The notes beneath the pieces are model-generated. The model was not told the origin of the DNA and did not search any database. It was given only the letters and a program-made list of their open reading frames with translations. Made by a program: the position numbers and the translations under genes. A stretch of 64,000 nt of DNA from Octopus bimaculoides (lineage: Eukaryota), in assembly GCF_001194135.2 (NCBI RefSeq), contig NC_068989.1:27467511-27531510 (forward strand), read 5' to 3'. This document shows positions 38,259 through 50,749 of the stretch, one piece after another (the stretch's first letter is position 1; every line of letters starts with the position of its first letter).

Positions 38259-38615
38259 AGTTTACTCTTTTACTTGTTTCAGTCATTTGACTGCGGCCAT
38301 GCTGGAGTACCATGCTGGAGTACCGCTTTATAGTCGAGCAAATCGACCCCAGAGCTTATTCTTTGTAAGCCTAGTACTTTTTCTATCGGTTTCTTTTGCC
38401 GAACCGCTAAGTTACGGGGACGCAAACACACCAGCATATACACATACATACATACACATATATATATACATATACGACGAGCTTCTTCCAGTCTCCGTCT
38501 ACCAAATTCACTCACAAGGCTGTGGTCAGCCAGAGGCTATAGTAGAAGACACTTGCCCAAGGTTCCACGCAGTGAGACTGAACCTGCGACCATGTGGTTG
38601 GTAAGCAAGCTACTT
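38259..38615 (-). mobile_element. SINE family A, body and most of head; interrupted by the Tx1-like insertion, remainder at 41848-41873
   Basis: Matches 5975-6410 up to gtaagcaagctactt and resumes at 41848 as caagctacttaccacacagccactcct. Confidence 0.92.
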
Positions 38616-38899
38616 TATTTCATTTTATTTGCAATAAAGGCAGTATACAGAGTAGCTGCGGGCTGGACAACACATTAATGAATGAAAATGAAATGACATA
38701 AAATGAATAAATGATTGGGTTTTTGTCGAAAACATATTTTTTTTTAAAAATCAATATGGGGTTTAAATCCTCTTACAAAAAGGAGGCACTAAAACCTCTT
38801 ATTTAACATGTTTTTTTAAAACACAATTAAGGTTTTAAACCACTAGAAATAATGCAATAAGATGCGGTTTCAAACCCGTTAACGAGGTTTTTCCACCTC

Positions 38900-39910
38900 C
38901 TACTCATTGATATATTCATCAATATATCTATAATTATCTTCAGTGCCGCTTGAGTTCCCGTACCCCGCCATTTCCCATGACTCAATCATGTATGAGGCAT
39001 ATGTCATGTGAGAGTCAACCGGCCATATGCGACATTCCTCTTTAATTCTTTTAAGCTTTTCCCACGCGGAAAGCCTTATGACCTCCACAGCTATCCGCGG
39101 AGGCCATTCGGGATCCCATGTGCAGGCCAAATCTACTATCTCTTTATGATCTTCTACTATATTTTCCACATCCCCGCCCTTATAGAAAAAGTTAAGTAAT
39201 TCTTCACCTTCAGGGGTGGGGGTCGTTTCTTCCGCCGTAGGTGGCACAATTTCGGGACATGCAGACGGTACATCATCGTCTACCTGCAATGACCCGTTCT
39301 TCTTCTTTCTGTTTTTTTCCTTTTCTTCCTGACTTCGGGAGAGTGGAACTCTTCCGCTTTGTCCGGAGTCTCTCTAAAACCTCCAGAAGCCTTAGAGTAC
39401 TTCGGCGGACAACCATTGTTGCCCGCTTTCTTCCTTTTTAATCCTTTTCTGGTTGAGGATGCTGAAGCCTCGATTGCCGGCAATACCCTTACATTTAAGA
39501 ACCTGAGCCTGTTATCCCCCAGGCCCCGTCGGATGGTATCTTCAATCCAACCCGCCTCAGTGCCTGGGGGTAACCCACATACCTAGGTTCTTATTAATTT
39601 CCTCCCGGAGTACGACGGGAGGAACAGATTTTTGTTGCTCTCCAAAATTGTGAACCTCCTCCGTGGTGTCAAAGAGCAACCATACGATTGCATGCTTGAC
39701 GCCGCGGGATATGTATTTCACTGAGGACAAACAGTCTTTCAGCTCTTTTTCTATAGTTGGTTTTGGGAAGGCGGTGATGGTGTCAAGAACTTTAGAGTAA
39801 CTTCTAACCACCACCGTCCTCTCCTCCATATCTTTTAACCACCGCTTGGGTGAGATAATTTCCCACTCCAAAGCAGTAGCCTTCTCTTTTAACTTTTTTC
39901 CTGCCATAAC
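38900..39910 (-). pseudogene. Gag/ORF1-like gene remnant, homologous to the ORF at ~29895-31068
   Basis: MAGKKLKEKATALE..ERTVVV..IEKELKDCLSSVKYISRGVKHAIVWLLFDT, then after a frameshift LFLPSYSGRKLIRT*VCGLPP. A basic tract and an acidic C-terminus follow. No CCHC is seen (apparently deleted). Confidence 0.7.
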
Positions 39911-40339
39911 TAAATGTTCAAATAGGAAATAATTGTTCACAAAAAAGTCTCAAAATGATGACAGTTCAGAAAAAAAAGAAATAGTTCAGTAAACGAAACA
40001 GAAACAGTTCAAAAATAAAAAAGGAAGAAAGCAGTTCAAGGAAAAAGTAAAGAAAGAGAATTTAAAAAAAAAAAAAAAATGGAAAAACTGAATCCTCGGC
40101 AGGAACAAAATGGGCTACACTGTACACCAGCCCTGGCTTGAACTGGTACTCCATTGCAGTCAAATAAACACTCAATAATCCTGGTCCGTAATCCAGCGAC
40201 CGAAGTGAGAAAAAATCTTTAGATGGTTTCTGCTTTCTGAACTGGGTTATTTCATAGAAACGCTCACCAGCAGGCAGTCACACACACTATGCCTGGAACA
40301 GGCAACAGTTCAATCAAATTTTCTCAAATTTTCAAATTT

Positions 40340-41847
40340 TCAACACCACCAAGCCAGGTAAAGCCAGAGGTGCCTCAACCTTAACGCGAATTTCTGCATC
40401 TTCAGCCAAGGCACCCCTAGCCCACCATTTAGCAGTTTCTGACAGCAGACAGAGCGTTTTACAGGTGGTTTTCCTCCCTTCCACAAAAAGCGGAAAAGGA
40501 TTTTCTCCAACATGTTCAGCCACAAATCGGGGCAAGGCATCCCGGTCAGACGGTAGGTAATTACTGATGCTATAAACATCTGCATCACCTCCACCCTCCA
40601 TAGCAAGGGTAGTGCCGCCCAGACCAGGTCTCGGTTAGAGCAGTCACTTTGCTGGCCACCTCGCTCTACTTTTTCTCTATCTGCAGGTCCAGTCCCATCC
40701 AGACTCCGAGCAACTTAACAGGATCTTGCGTCCAACGCCCCACGACGTTATTGGACGCCATCGACTTGCCCCACCAGGTGCCGAGTTGCAAACTGACCGA
40801 CTTGTCCTTGCTAACCTTTGCTCCTACCACCGCCTCGTAACTTTTGATGGCCTTTTCCACCACTGGAATCCGCCAAGTACCGATGGTCGACCCTATCAAA
40901 CGCCTTAAACTGGTCTAAATGTACCAGTGCCCCTCCCACTACGCCAGAAAGTTTCCTTACCCTCTCTAAGGAGTAGCGTATAAGGCGGAGATTTCCGTGT
41001 ATCGACCTTCCCGTGATAGCACAAGTTTGCGCTTCCCCGACAAGTTCGTCCACAACCCGCGCCAACCTTTTCGCTAACACCTAGGCCAAAATCTTTAACC
41101 CTGTATTTAACAGAGTTATGGGCCAGTTCCCTATCTCATCCTCCTTGCTCGGGCCCTTTTTGATCAACGTCACTACCCTCTGGCTCGCAGACTTGGGAAT
41201 TCTTCCATTCTGCTGCCAATTGGCGTAAACGCAGGCCAGTAGGTGCCCGAACAAGTCTGGCATACTTTCATAGAATTTATAGGGCAGACCATCGAGACTC
41301 GGCGACCTGTCCCCGGGGCATTCGCCTATTATCTCGATCACCTCCTCGGCTGTGATTGACCCTTCACAGCACTCAGCCTTTCTTGCCGAGAGACGCGGGC
41401 CGCCAGACAGGAAGTCTCTGAGGGCCTCATCATGATCCAGCGTCCCGCTCCTCCCGAACAACTCGGCGAAGTGCTCGTAAAGCGCCTCACACATCTCGTC
41501 CTGTTCTTTGACTGAGCGTCCTTTTTCGTTAACAAGAGATCCAATTGTGGCTTCATTGCCACGCTGGGTTTCTACCGTACGGGCCCATCCGGCAACATTA
41601 ATTCCCTCACGGCCCAATGCTCTCACTTTAGCCCGAACTCTATACCCCTCATGTTTGACTTTGAGGTGACGGTCCAAAGCCGCTCTCGCCGCCTAATGTG
41701 GGAGGCAGAGCGGAACCTCAGCCCCTCCTTTAATTCCTTAACTAATTGCCCTTCTATTCTAGTCCTGTCTAGTCTTAGCTGTTTGCTAAACCTAATGGAC
41801 TCGAAACGAATGGCTCTTTTGAGGGCGAATCTCCACCGGTTATTAAC
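40340..41847 (-). pseudogene. L1/Tx1-like ORF2 reverse transcriptase remnant
   Basis: RSPSLDGLPYKFY..VVTLIKKG..NWPITLLNTGLKILA / LAKRLARVVDELVGEAQTCAITGRSIHGNL..LDQFKAFDRVDHRYL, then a deletion of the YxDD core, VKLLGVW, and FRFLWKG..GGLGVP. Endonuclease and C-terminal domains are absent. Confidence 0.9.
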
Positions 41848-43035
41848 CAAGCTACTTACCACACAGCCACTCCTGATCATACAAGACTGAATTTAATCAT
41901 CATTTCTCAATTGTGTAATCAATATGGTACCTTAATCTTCTCGATACTTAAATTCCCAGATGCATGATAAGAATTATTAATTATAACTCATAACGTTTAG
42001 ATCCGCCTGAACTCTGGGCACCATCACATGCCTTTTTCCTAGGAGTACTGACAGTACGAGACTTAATTTGAACTAGGGATCTTTATCTTTAACGTGACAA
42101 AATAGAGCTCTTATCCATGGATCATTACCATATGTTCTAGTTCCTAGTTTGTTTCGATGCAGGTACAGTCTCCAAATATAGCACCCGATGATGATAAGAG
42201 GAACCCCATCGAAAAGAAAGTATAGATATAAATATTTTTGAAAATTTCCTCTACAAAGATGAGGTTAATAGACAGAAAATTTATAATCGTATTGGAAATG
42301 TTTGCTTATGCACAATATTTCCAATAGCTAAGATAGAACTGATAACAGAAAAATAAAACGTAACCTTTCAACGTTTTTCTGCTATCAATTCATGTTATGT
42401 TTCGTTTTTGTGCTTCTTTGTGTTTGTCTTTGCTTTTGTGCTGTTTACATTATCTATTCCGTTCAACAATAGTAGTACTTTGAATCTATACATCTCCTTC
42501 CGACACTGGTAAGAAATTATATTTCTAGAGATCAACCAGTCTGCAGGAAATGTATAGACGCTAGTGCTTTATATATATTCTTGGTAAACATATGTAGTTT
42601 AAAGAAATACCTTTGTTTTGATTTCATTGTGGTCGAATTAATATTGTTTTGTATTTTGTCTTTGTAACCAGTCGGATGTATAATCTGACTACTTTAGTAT
42701 TTTACTGAAAGCGAAAGAGAGACTTTTATGTCAACCGATTAGGAACATTGACCAGAAATTTGAGGAGGCAACTTATCAGTTGCTTGCAGGCTTTCGTTGT
42801 GTTGACAAATTTTTCACTGGCTGCAATTAGTCACGCTTCTAGTTAGTAAATAAGATTGTATTCCTACATCTTTCGTAAGCACTGTGACTATTTTTGTTGT
42901 TTACGTTGATTCTATGCGTTCGGAAAGTATGTATGAATATTATTTATATCGATATTAGTATTACTAAATAATAATAGATGGATATAGGACATAGGTATAA
43001 AACCCAGTTCAGTCCGGTTGCATAAAACAGTGTTA

Positions 43036-43167
43036 TTAGGGACAGCGAGGATACATAAGAGGGTTCTTGGCATCCAACATTACTTTCTGTAACCCGATAG
43101 GAGGTTTCTTGTCATCTAAGGCAACTTGTTGTAGTCCGATGTTAGGTTTCTTTTCTTTTCCAGCAGT
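43036..43167 (-). CDS. Candidate short coding exon with a 14-codon tandem repeat, product unknown
   Basis: After an AG: TAGKE KKPNIGLQQVALDD KKPPIGLQKVMLDA KNPLMYPRCP*. 5 of the 10 conserved residues differ synonymously between the repeat units. The acceptor is weak. Confidence 0.35.
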   Translation of the reverse strand, partial: TAGKEKKPNIGLQQVALDDKKPPIGLQKVMLDAKNPLMYPRCP

Positions 43168-43199
43168 CTAATTTGTTGAGTGTATATGAATAGTAATAA

Positions 43200-44060
<861 letters not shown>

Positions 44061-45188
44061 GCACACAACACACATTTTCTGTCTCCCACCCCTCATCAAC
44101 ACATGCACACGTCCATGACCATTTCTTCTGTCTTCCACTTTATGCTGACTTTAAAAAAAAATCTACATATCCACTCACAAAATAAATAAATTAGTTTTAC
44201 GGAATTTACTGAATGCCGTAAGGTAACCGCTGAGCTGCGCGCACACGCCTTCGAGTTAAAACGAAATATTGTCAAAATGGCTAGGTTATTGCCAAAATTT
44301 CTAAATAATATTTTTTTCATTTTTATGACATAATTGCATTAATACATATGACGTAATTAAACTAATTGCAAATTAGCTGTGTGGCTGATAATTTTTTTTT
44401 CCTTACCTCAATGATGCTGGTGGCATATATTAAACGTACACTTATAGAACTATATTCCTAAAATAGAATAGAACTATACTATCATCCTCAAATTTGAGAA
44501 ACAAAAGCTCTTAACTTTTTCCTTTAAAAATTCATTGCATGAGATTGATCACATGAAATTCCTCGAATTGCGCTCTATCATTTAAGCTTATTGAAAATAT
44601 AGATTGTCTTTAAAATAAAAAAATTGAATCAAACTTGAATCTAATTTTTTGCTTTATATTTTTTCGTGATATTTTACCTCACAACCTTTTTTTATACAAA
44701 TTTTTGTCGCATAGGATCAAAACTATGAAATTCTTCATCCTTTCCTCTATTATTGAAGCTAAGATAAATATATTTTTCCTTTAAAATAAAAAAGTTATCA
44801 AGATATAAACTTGATTGAAGGCGTTACTTACTTTCCTATAACGTTGCTACACATTATAATGTAAACTTTTTTCTACTGGTCTAAATCTCAATTTTATTAC
44901 GCTAAAATATACCTAGGGATCAACCTGCTTCAACAATGTTGACAGTTTTCAATTTGGTTACGAAGACGCTGTGTGTGAGTAAATTGCGGCCTTAATATTA
45001 TTCAATTACTACCGTATGTGAATGATATATATATATATTAGTTTATGTATATATTAATATTATCTCAGTTATTAAAACCTTTGATAATTTAAATACGTTA
45101 ATAGTTACCACAGGTAGCAAAATTACACTAAAAAACAGGATATCACAGCCGTTTTATAGATAGTTAAAGTAATACATTTTTAGAAGGT

Positions 45189-45894
45189 ATGGATAATAAT
45201 AATAAATGGAGCAAAACGCATGTCAATAAAAGTTCCTTTAATTCCTACACATGTTTCAAAATAAATGAGAGCACTTTCACAAAGAAGAAAGAGCTGTTGT
45301 GGTTCCTCATATATTTCTCTTCAGGGAAATATATACGCGCATGCACACACATATACAAACCTTCACTAGACTACGATGTTTCATTTATTTTTATTTTTAT
45401 TCACTTTCTTCGCTACATATAAATATGTTATGTTATTAGTTTCCCTTATATGATATACTACCTTAGTTCCCCCCCCTTCCTCCTTTTTTGACTCAGCAAT
45501 TAGCTCTATCAAATTTAACAGAACGACAATTAACTCTCTGAGTTTAACCTTTAGCATCACGTTTACAACCCCCTCCCTTTATATCTCTATGTAAACAAGC
45601 GTTCTTATTCCTAAAGCCCATGGAATAATATCATTCACCCATTTATATCTCTATGTAAACAAACCTTCTAACGGTCACTGACCATGTAACATCTCTGCTC
45701 GTAAGTTACCACATCATTTCGTTTTTGTCTTGGTATTATATGTTTTATTATGAACCGCCTGAAGAGAAATATATGAGGAACCCCAACAGCTCTTTCTTCT
45801 TTGTGAAAGTGCTCTCATTTATTTTGAAACATGTGTAGGAATTAAAGGAACTTTTATTGACAAACGTTTTGCTTCATTTATTATTATTATCCAT
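45189..45894. repeat. 137-bp inverted repeat (4 mismatches) around a 432-bp spacer
   Basis: 45189-45325 is the reverse complement of 45758-45894. The right arm runs into (TA)n and a gap. Confidence 0.92.
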
Positions 45895-46324
45895 ATATAT
45901 ATATTTNNNNNNNNNNNNNNNNNNNNNNNNNNNNNNNNNNNNNNNNNNNNNNNNNNNNNNNNNNNNNNNNNNNNNNNNNNNNNNNNNNNNNNNNNNNNNN
46001 NATATATATATATATATATATATATACACGCACAGAGGGCATAAGAGGAGTTTTCGTCCACGATTACTTAAACTAATAGGTCTGCGTACTGAGTGCTCAA
46101 ATAGGTGTGCCACCAAAATTGCAGTTAGGAGATTGTGGTTGTGTGATTGTCTTGTTCAAAAACAGCTACATGTGACATCTCTTAGAGTTATGGGTATAGG
46201 TTAAATAGTAAGAAAAGGCAAACAATTAAGCAATGCAGGAAAAGGACATTTTATTTCATGTAATTCCATCTATAATTTAGCTACACAACAAATAGTAAAT
46301 GTTAAAAAATGTTCAAAAGGGAAT

Positions 46325-46757
46325 GCCTACGCTGAATTTTTAAGAAATCTACAGTTACTCAATCCTGCCTACAAGTTCAGGTTTATACCTGTAATAATTG
46401 GGGCCCTGAGATATGTAATACACTGCCTAAATACCAATCTTGAGAAATTAGGCTTCTCAAAACCACAATGGAGAAAGCTAATTCGAGGACTACAGATCTA
46501 ATCCGTCACTGAAACTGTAATAATCTGAAAAATTTCCAGTCGTTTATCATTTAAATATATATATGAGCATGTCTAGATTTGCAATTTATGCATGTGAATA
46601 CATACATAAAAAAGCATACAAATCTGCATATATACATTCATACAAACAAAAATGTCCTGTTGTTGATGTTGAAATTACAATCGGAGCCTTGGATCTTGTT
46701 TAGAAACCGGCTCTTTCCGCATTGGCAGGAAATCTTGAAATAAAACTAAATAATAAC
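46325..46757 (+). mobile_element. 3' end of an RLE-type non-LTR retrotransposon (R2/R4/NeSL superclade)
   Basis: YAEFLRNLQLLNPAYKFRFIPVIIGALRYVIHCLNTNLEKLGF..LIRGLQI* fits the post-PD..(D/E)xK 'IPIVIGALG' C-terminus. The 3' UTR ends in aaataataa. Confidence 0.75.
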
Positions 46758-49700
46758 ACTCATACATACATTCATACATACATTCATACATACATTCATA
46801 CATACATACATACACACATACATATATACATAAATACAAACATACATACATACATACATACATACATACATGCATGCATGCATACATACATACATACATA
46901 CATATATACGTAATACATACGTATATACATACATTAGCAAATCCTTAATTCATATGCTACAAACGATCTCATCTGGAAGTATGAAAATCTGCAAGTCCTT
47001 AAAGCTTTAAAGGACGATGATTTACACAGAGCGCGACGGGCCACGATCGTGGCCCAGATTGATACATTTAATTTATGGGCGTTTGTTGGGGTCTAACGTC
47101 ACTCAAACGCTCCGATACCCCCCAGAATACAAGAGGACTAATAGTTCAACTAATATCTCTTAAGATGATGTAAAATTTGCCTCAATTATATACTAAGAAG
47201 ATATTTTAACTTTTTTTTTTTTTTTTATGTGTGCATGTTAGTCTCATTTTCATAAAATGTGCTCAACAGCCCGTGCTATATAAGTGAACATTCCAGCGCT
47301 TTGTGGGTTCTTTCCTTCACAACCTTGCCATCTAGTAGGTGGCAGGTCAAAATTTGCTCTAAAATTAAAGACAAAGAACAAGTGTATACAACATACAGAC
47401 ATGCACATACATGTATATGTGTGTGTGCTTGTGTTTGTGTGTGTGTATGTGTATGTTTATGAGCGTGTGTGTATGCGGTTATGTGTATGTAGAAAAATTC
47501 ACAGAAACTCACGCACACACGTATACAGTTATACATTCATATATATGTGTGTGTGTATACAGGGCGCGACAATATTAAGCCTCTTGTATTCAGCATTCTT
47601 GATAAACGTTTCAGTCGAAAGAGCACATTATGCACCCCACTTCTAATCGCGATGAAAATAAAAGGATATACATATCTATCTGCAAAAATATACCATTACC
47701 ATTAACCTAAGTTTAGTAGCGCCCTATCAATTGCTGTATAATATATGGGAGATTTTTCGGTTGCACTTTGTATGTGTATGTTTGTGCGTGTATGTGTTTG
47801 TATGTGTGTCCGTGCACGTATACAATAGCGATATTTAGGCAGCTACAAGTTAGGCACATAATTATGTACGGACAACTGGATTTTCTGCGATCCACAATTC
47901 ATCCATTGCTATACCTTGCAATACCAGTATCATTTTCACTTTTAGAGCGAAGCAAAACTCAAGTTCACGTTCATGAAGGCAAAGGTAGATGTGAGAGAAC
48001 TAGACATGTTTCGTAGTAAAATTGCGCAAGATTAATTGTTATAGATTTATCTAGTATGAATGATATAAAAATGATGCATAGCAAGAAGATATTAGAAATG
48101 TTAGTAAAATATATCTAACATTAATTTGATCGGTTGGTGCAAACATGTGAACACACAACTTCACTGCAGAACAGGCAGTTATCCAATATAAAGAGGATAA
48201 GTTAAATTTATACGCTCCTCAGTTCCCTGAATAGTCTCAAGATACGATGCTACAGGAAAGTACTCACTGGTTAAACGGTTGGAACATAATATTAAATTTT
48301 GTTTTAAATATTTCTACCTTAAAATTAATGTGAAAAAGCGAATGCATGTATTTTCCACTTCCTAGTCCACACCTAGGTAGTGGAAAATCTGTGTAGGAGT
48401 ACATCTTTTGAATGTGAACGACATAGCCTCTCTCCTCCTTTTCTCAATTTTTCTGTTTTTTATAGTTGATGGCAGAATATAACTTCAATTGAGTACTGCA
48501 TCAGGCAGTAATATAAATATAGAATTTATTCTGAAAAAATGTTTTTTTTTCTTTTCAAGAAATATATATTTTTTAGATGAATGAAATCTTTTTTTTTTTT
48601 TCCCCACAATATAATGAAAATCGGTTTCGTACAAAATTATGAAAATCAACTTGAAATATTTCTGGTAAAATTCAATATTGTTAGTATCACTTTAAACGAT
48701 ATATCTAAAATAGAGTGAATTCATATGATTGTATTTACGTTAGGTGTTACTAAACCGAGGCAAGCCTTGGTACTTCTACTAGTATCATATGCATTCGTGA
48801 GAATTTCTGCATGTTTGTAGTGATTAAACAATAGTATGTCTTGAAAGTTTGCTTCAGAAAAAAATATTCATATCCTGCAATGAATTTGATGGAAATTCTT
48901 ATATGTAGACTGGCAAAATATATAACCTATGCTCTGCCAGCGATTGCAACTGACCGTGAGAGAGAGGGTGGGATATTTTCGTGCAGTGAATAATTTTGCG
49001 AATGTGTATGTTTATTACAAAAGGATAATTTATTTCATTTGAGATAAGAGAATTTTAAAGGGTGATTTTCCTTCAATAAGCATCAATCAGCACAGCGTTG
49101 CCCTATCATGACTCCAGGTAACTGAGACATGTCGAGAAAGAGTAGTGATTTGTGTTAGACTTGTACATATGTTTCAGCGTGAGTGTGTGTGTGGCAGTGT
49201 GTGAGAGTGCGCGCGTGTATGTGTGTTTGTGTGTGTGTGTGTGTGTGTATGTGTGTGTGTGCGTGTGTGTGAGTCAGTCTATCCTTGAATTTTTGGAACC
49301 TAGCCAGTGATATAACCATGGTAGAAAATATATTTCTATTTAAAGCCCACCCACTACAGATATGAAGTATTTTGTCTCATAAATTCTACATTGTCATACT
49401 CATACAATGTCAATAATATTCAATGCATTGTTGAGCTGAAAATTGCTTACATTAGATATACAACTATTTATGTCAGTTAATTACTTGCCATACGCCTAAA
49501 GCAATATGACATATACAAACTTCCTATATCTATAGTAAGTGCTCATGAGTGGATTGATAAATGACAAACGTAAAACAAAACCAATAATTTTCTTTCTGAA
49601 TTTATGTTTGACGCTTTCCATTCGATAAGCCGCTAGTAAAAGGAAGTCCAGTAAATAATGACAAAGAAGAAATAATCATTAAAACAATACTTCAAATAAT

Positions 49701-50139
49701 AGAACAGCAAAGGTATTGACATTATTTTGGTAAAATTCCAAATGATCTCACTCAATGATTGCTGAATAGTCTTCTAAGTGTATTAGCTGAAAGCATAATC
49801 AATTAGATAATTATAAATGAAAGAACAGAGAAATATCTGTTAGCAAGTACATTGGTAAATACTATGTTGCGTAGTTGTTTCTAAGAAATGTAATATGCAT
49901 TTCCTCGTATTCTGTTTCCCTGTCAATATTTTCAATGTGACATTAAGTAGATGCAGGTCAGCTTCAATGCACAAAACACTCAATTTGCAACCCCGCAGTT
50001 CTATGTTCGATCAAACTGCACCCAGACTTGGGCGAGTATATTTTGCTATTTTACTTGGATTGATCAATGCTTTGCAATTAGTATTTTCCAGTAAACAACA
50101 ACGCTGCATCTTGCTGTATGCTGATCTACATATATATTT

Positions 50140-50353
50140 TTTTCTAGTCTAGCACCAAGGCCCGGAATTTTGGTGGAGGGAGCAGTCGATTAGATCGACC
50201 CCAGTACTCAACTGGTACTTAATTTATCGACGCCGTAAGAATGAAAACCAAAGTCGACCTCGGCGGAATTAGAACTCAGAACGTAACGTAAAGACAGACG
50301 AAATACTGCGAAGCATTTCGCCCACCGTGCTAACGTTTCTGCCAGCTCACCTT
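50140..50353 (-). mobile_element. tRNA-derived SINE, family B
   Basis: cccagtactcaactggtacttaatttatcgacgcc..gtcgacctcggcggaattagaactcaga..gctaacgtttctgccagctcacc. Confidence 0.92.
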
Positions 50354-50710
50354 ATATTTATAATTATATATACGTACGTACATACATACATACATACATA
50401 CACATACACACACACNNNNNNNNNNNNNNNNNNNNNNNNNNNNNNNNNNNNNNNNNNNNNNNNNNNNNNNNNNNNNNNNNNNNNNNNNNNNNNNNNNNNN
50501 NNNNNNNNNNNNNNNNNNNNNNNNNNNNNNNNNNNNNNNNNNNNNNNNNNNNNNNNNNNNNNNNNNNNNNNNNNNNNNNNNNNNNNNNNNNNNNNNNNNN
50601 NNNNNNNNNNNNNNNNNNNNNNNNNNNNNNNNNNNNNNNNNNNNNNNNNNNNNNNNNNNNNNNNNNNNNNNNNNNNNNNNNNNNNNNNNNNNNNNNNNNN
50701 NNNNNNNNNN

Positions 50711-50749
<39 letters not shown>

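Larger units (their letters stand above)
38616..41847 (-). mobile_element. 5'-truncated L1/Tx1-like non-LTR insertion: ORF2/RT remnants followed by an ORF1-like gene and 3' UTR, 10-bp TSD
   Basis: TSD caagctactt at 38606-38615 and 41848-41857. The 3' end is ..GCAAATAAAATGAAATA at 38616. Confidence 0.85.

Noticed and set aside
40138-40165. ctggtactccattgcagt resembling the U2 snRNA 3' region (a known Tx1 target)
   Set aside because: Only short scattered matches; the surrounding sequence does not follow U2.
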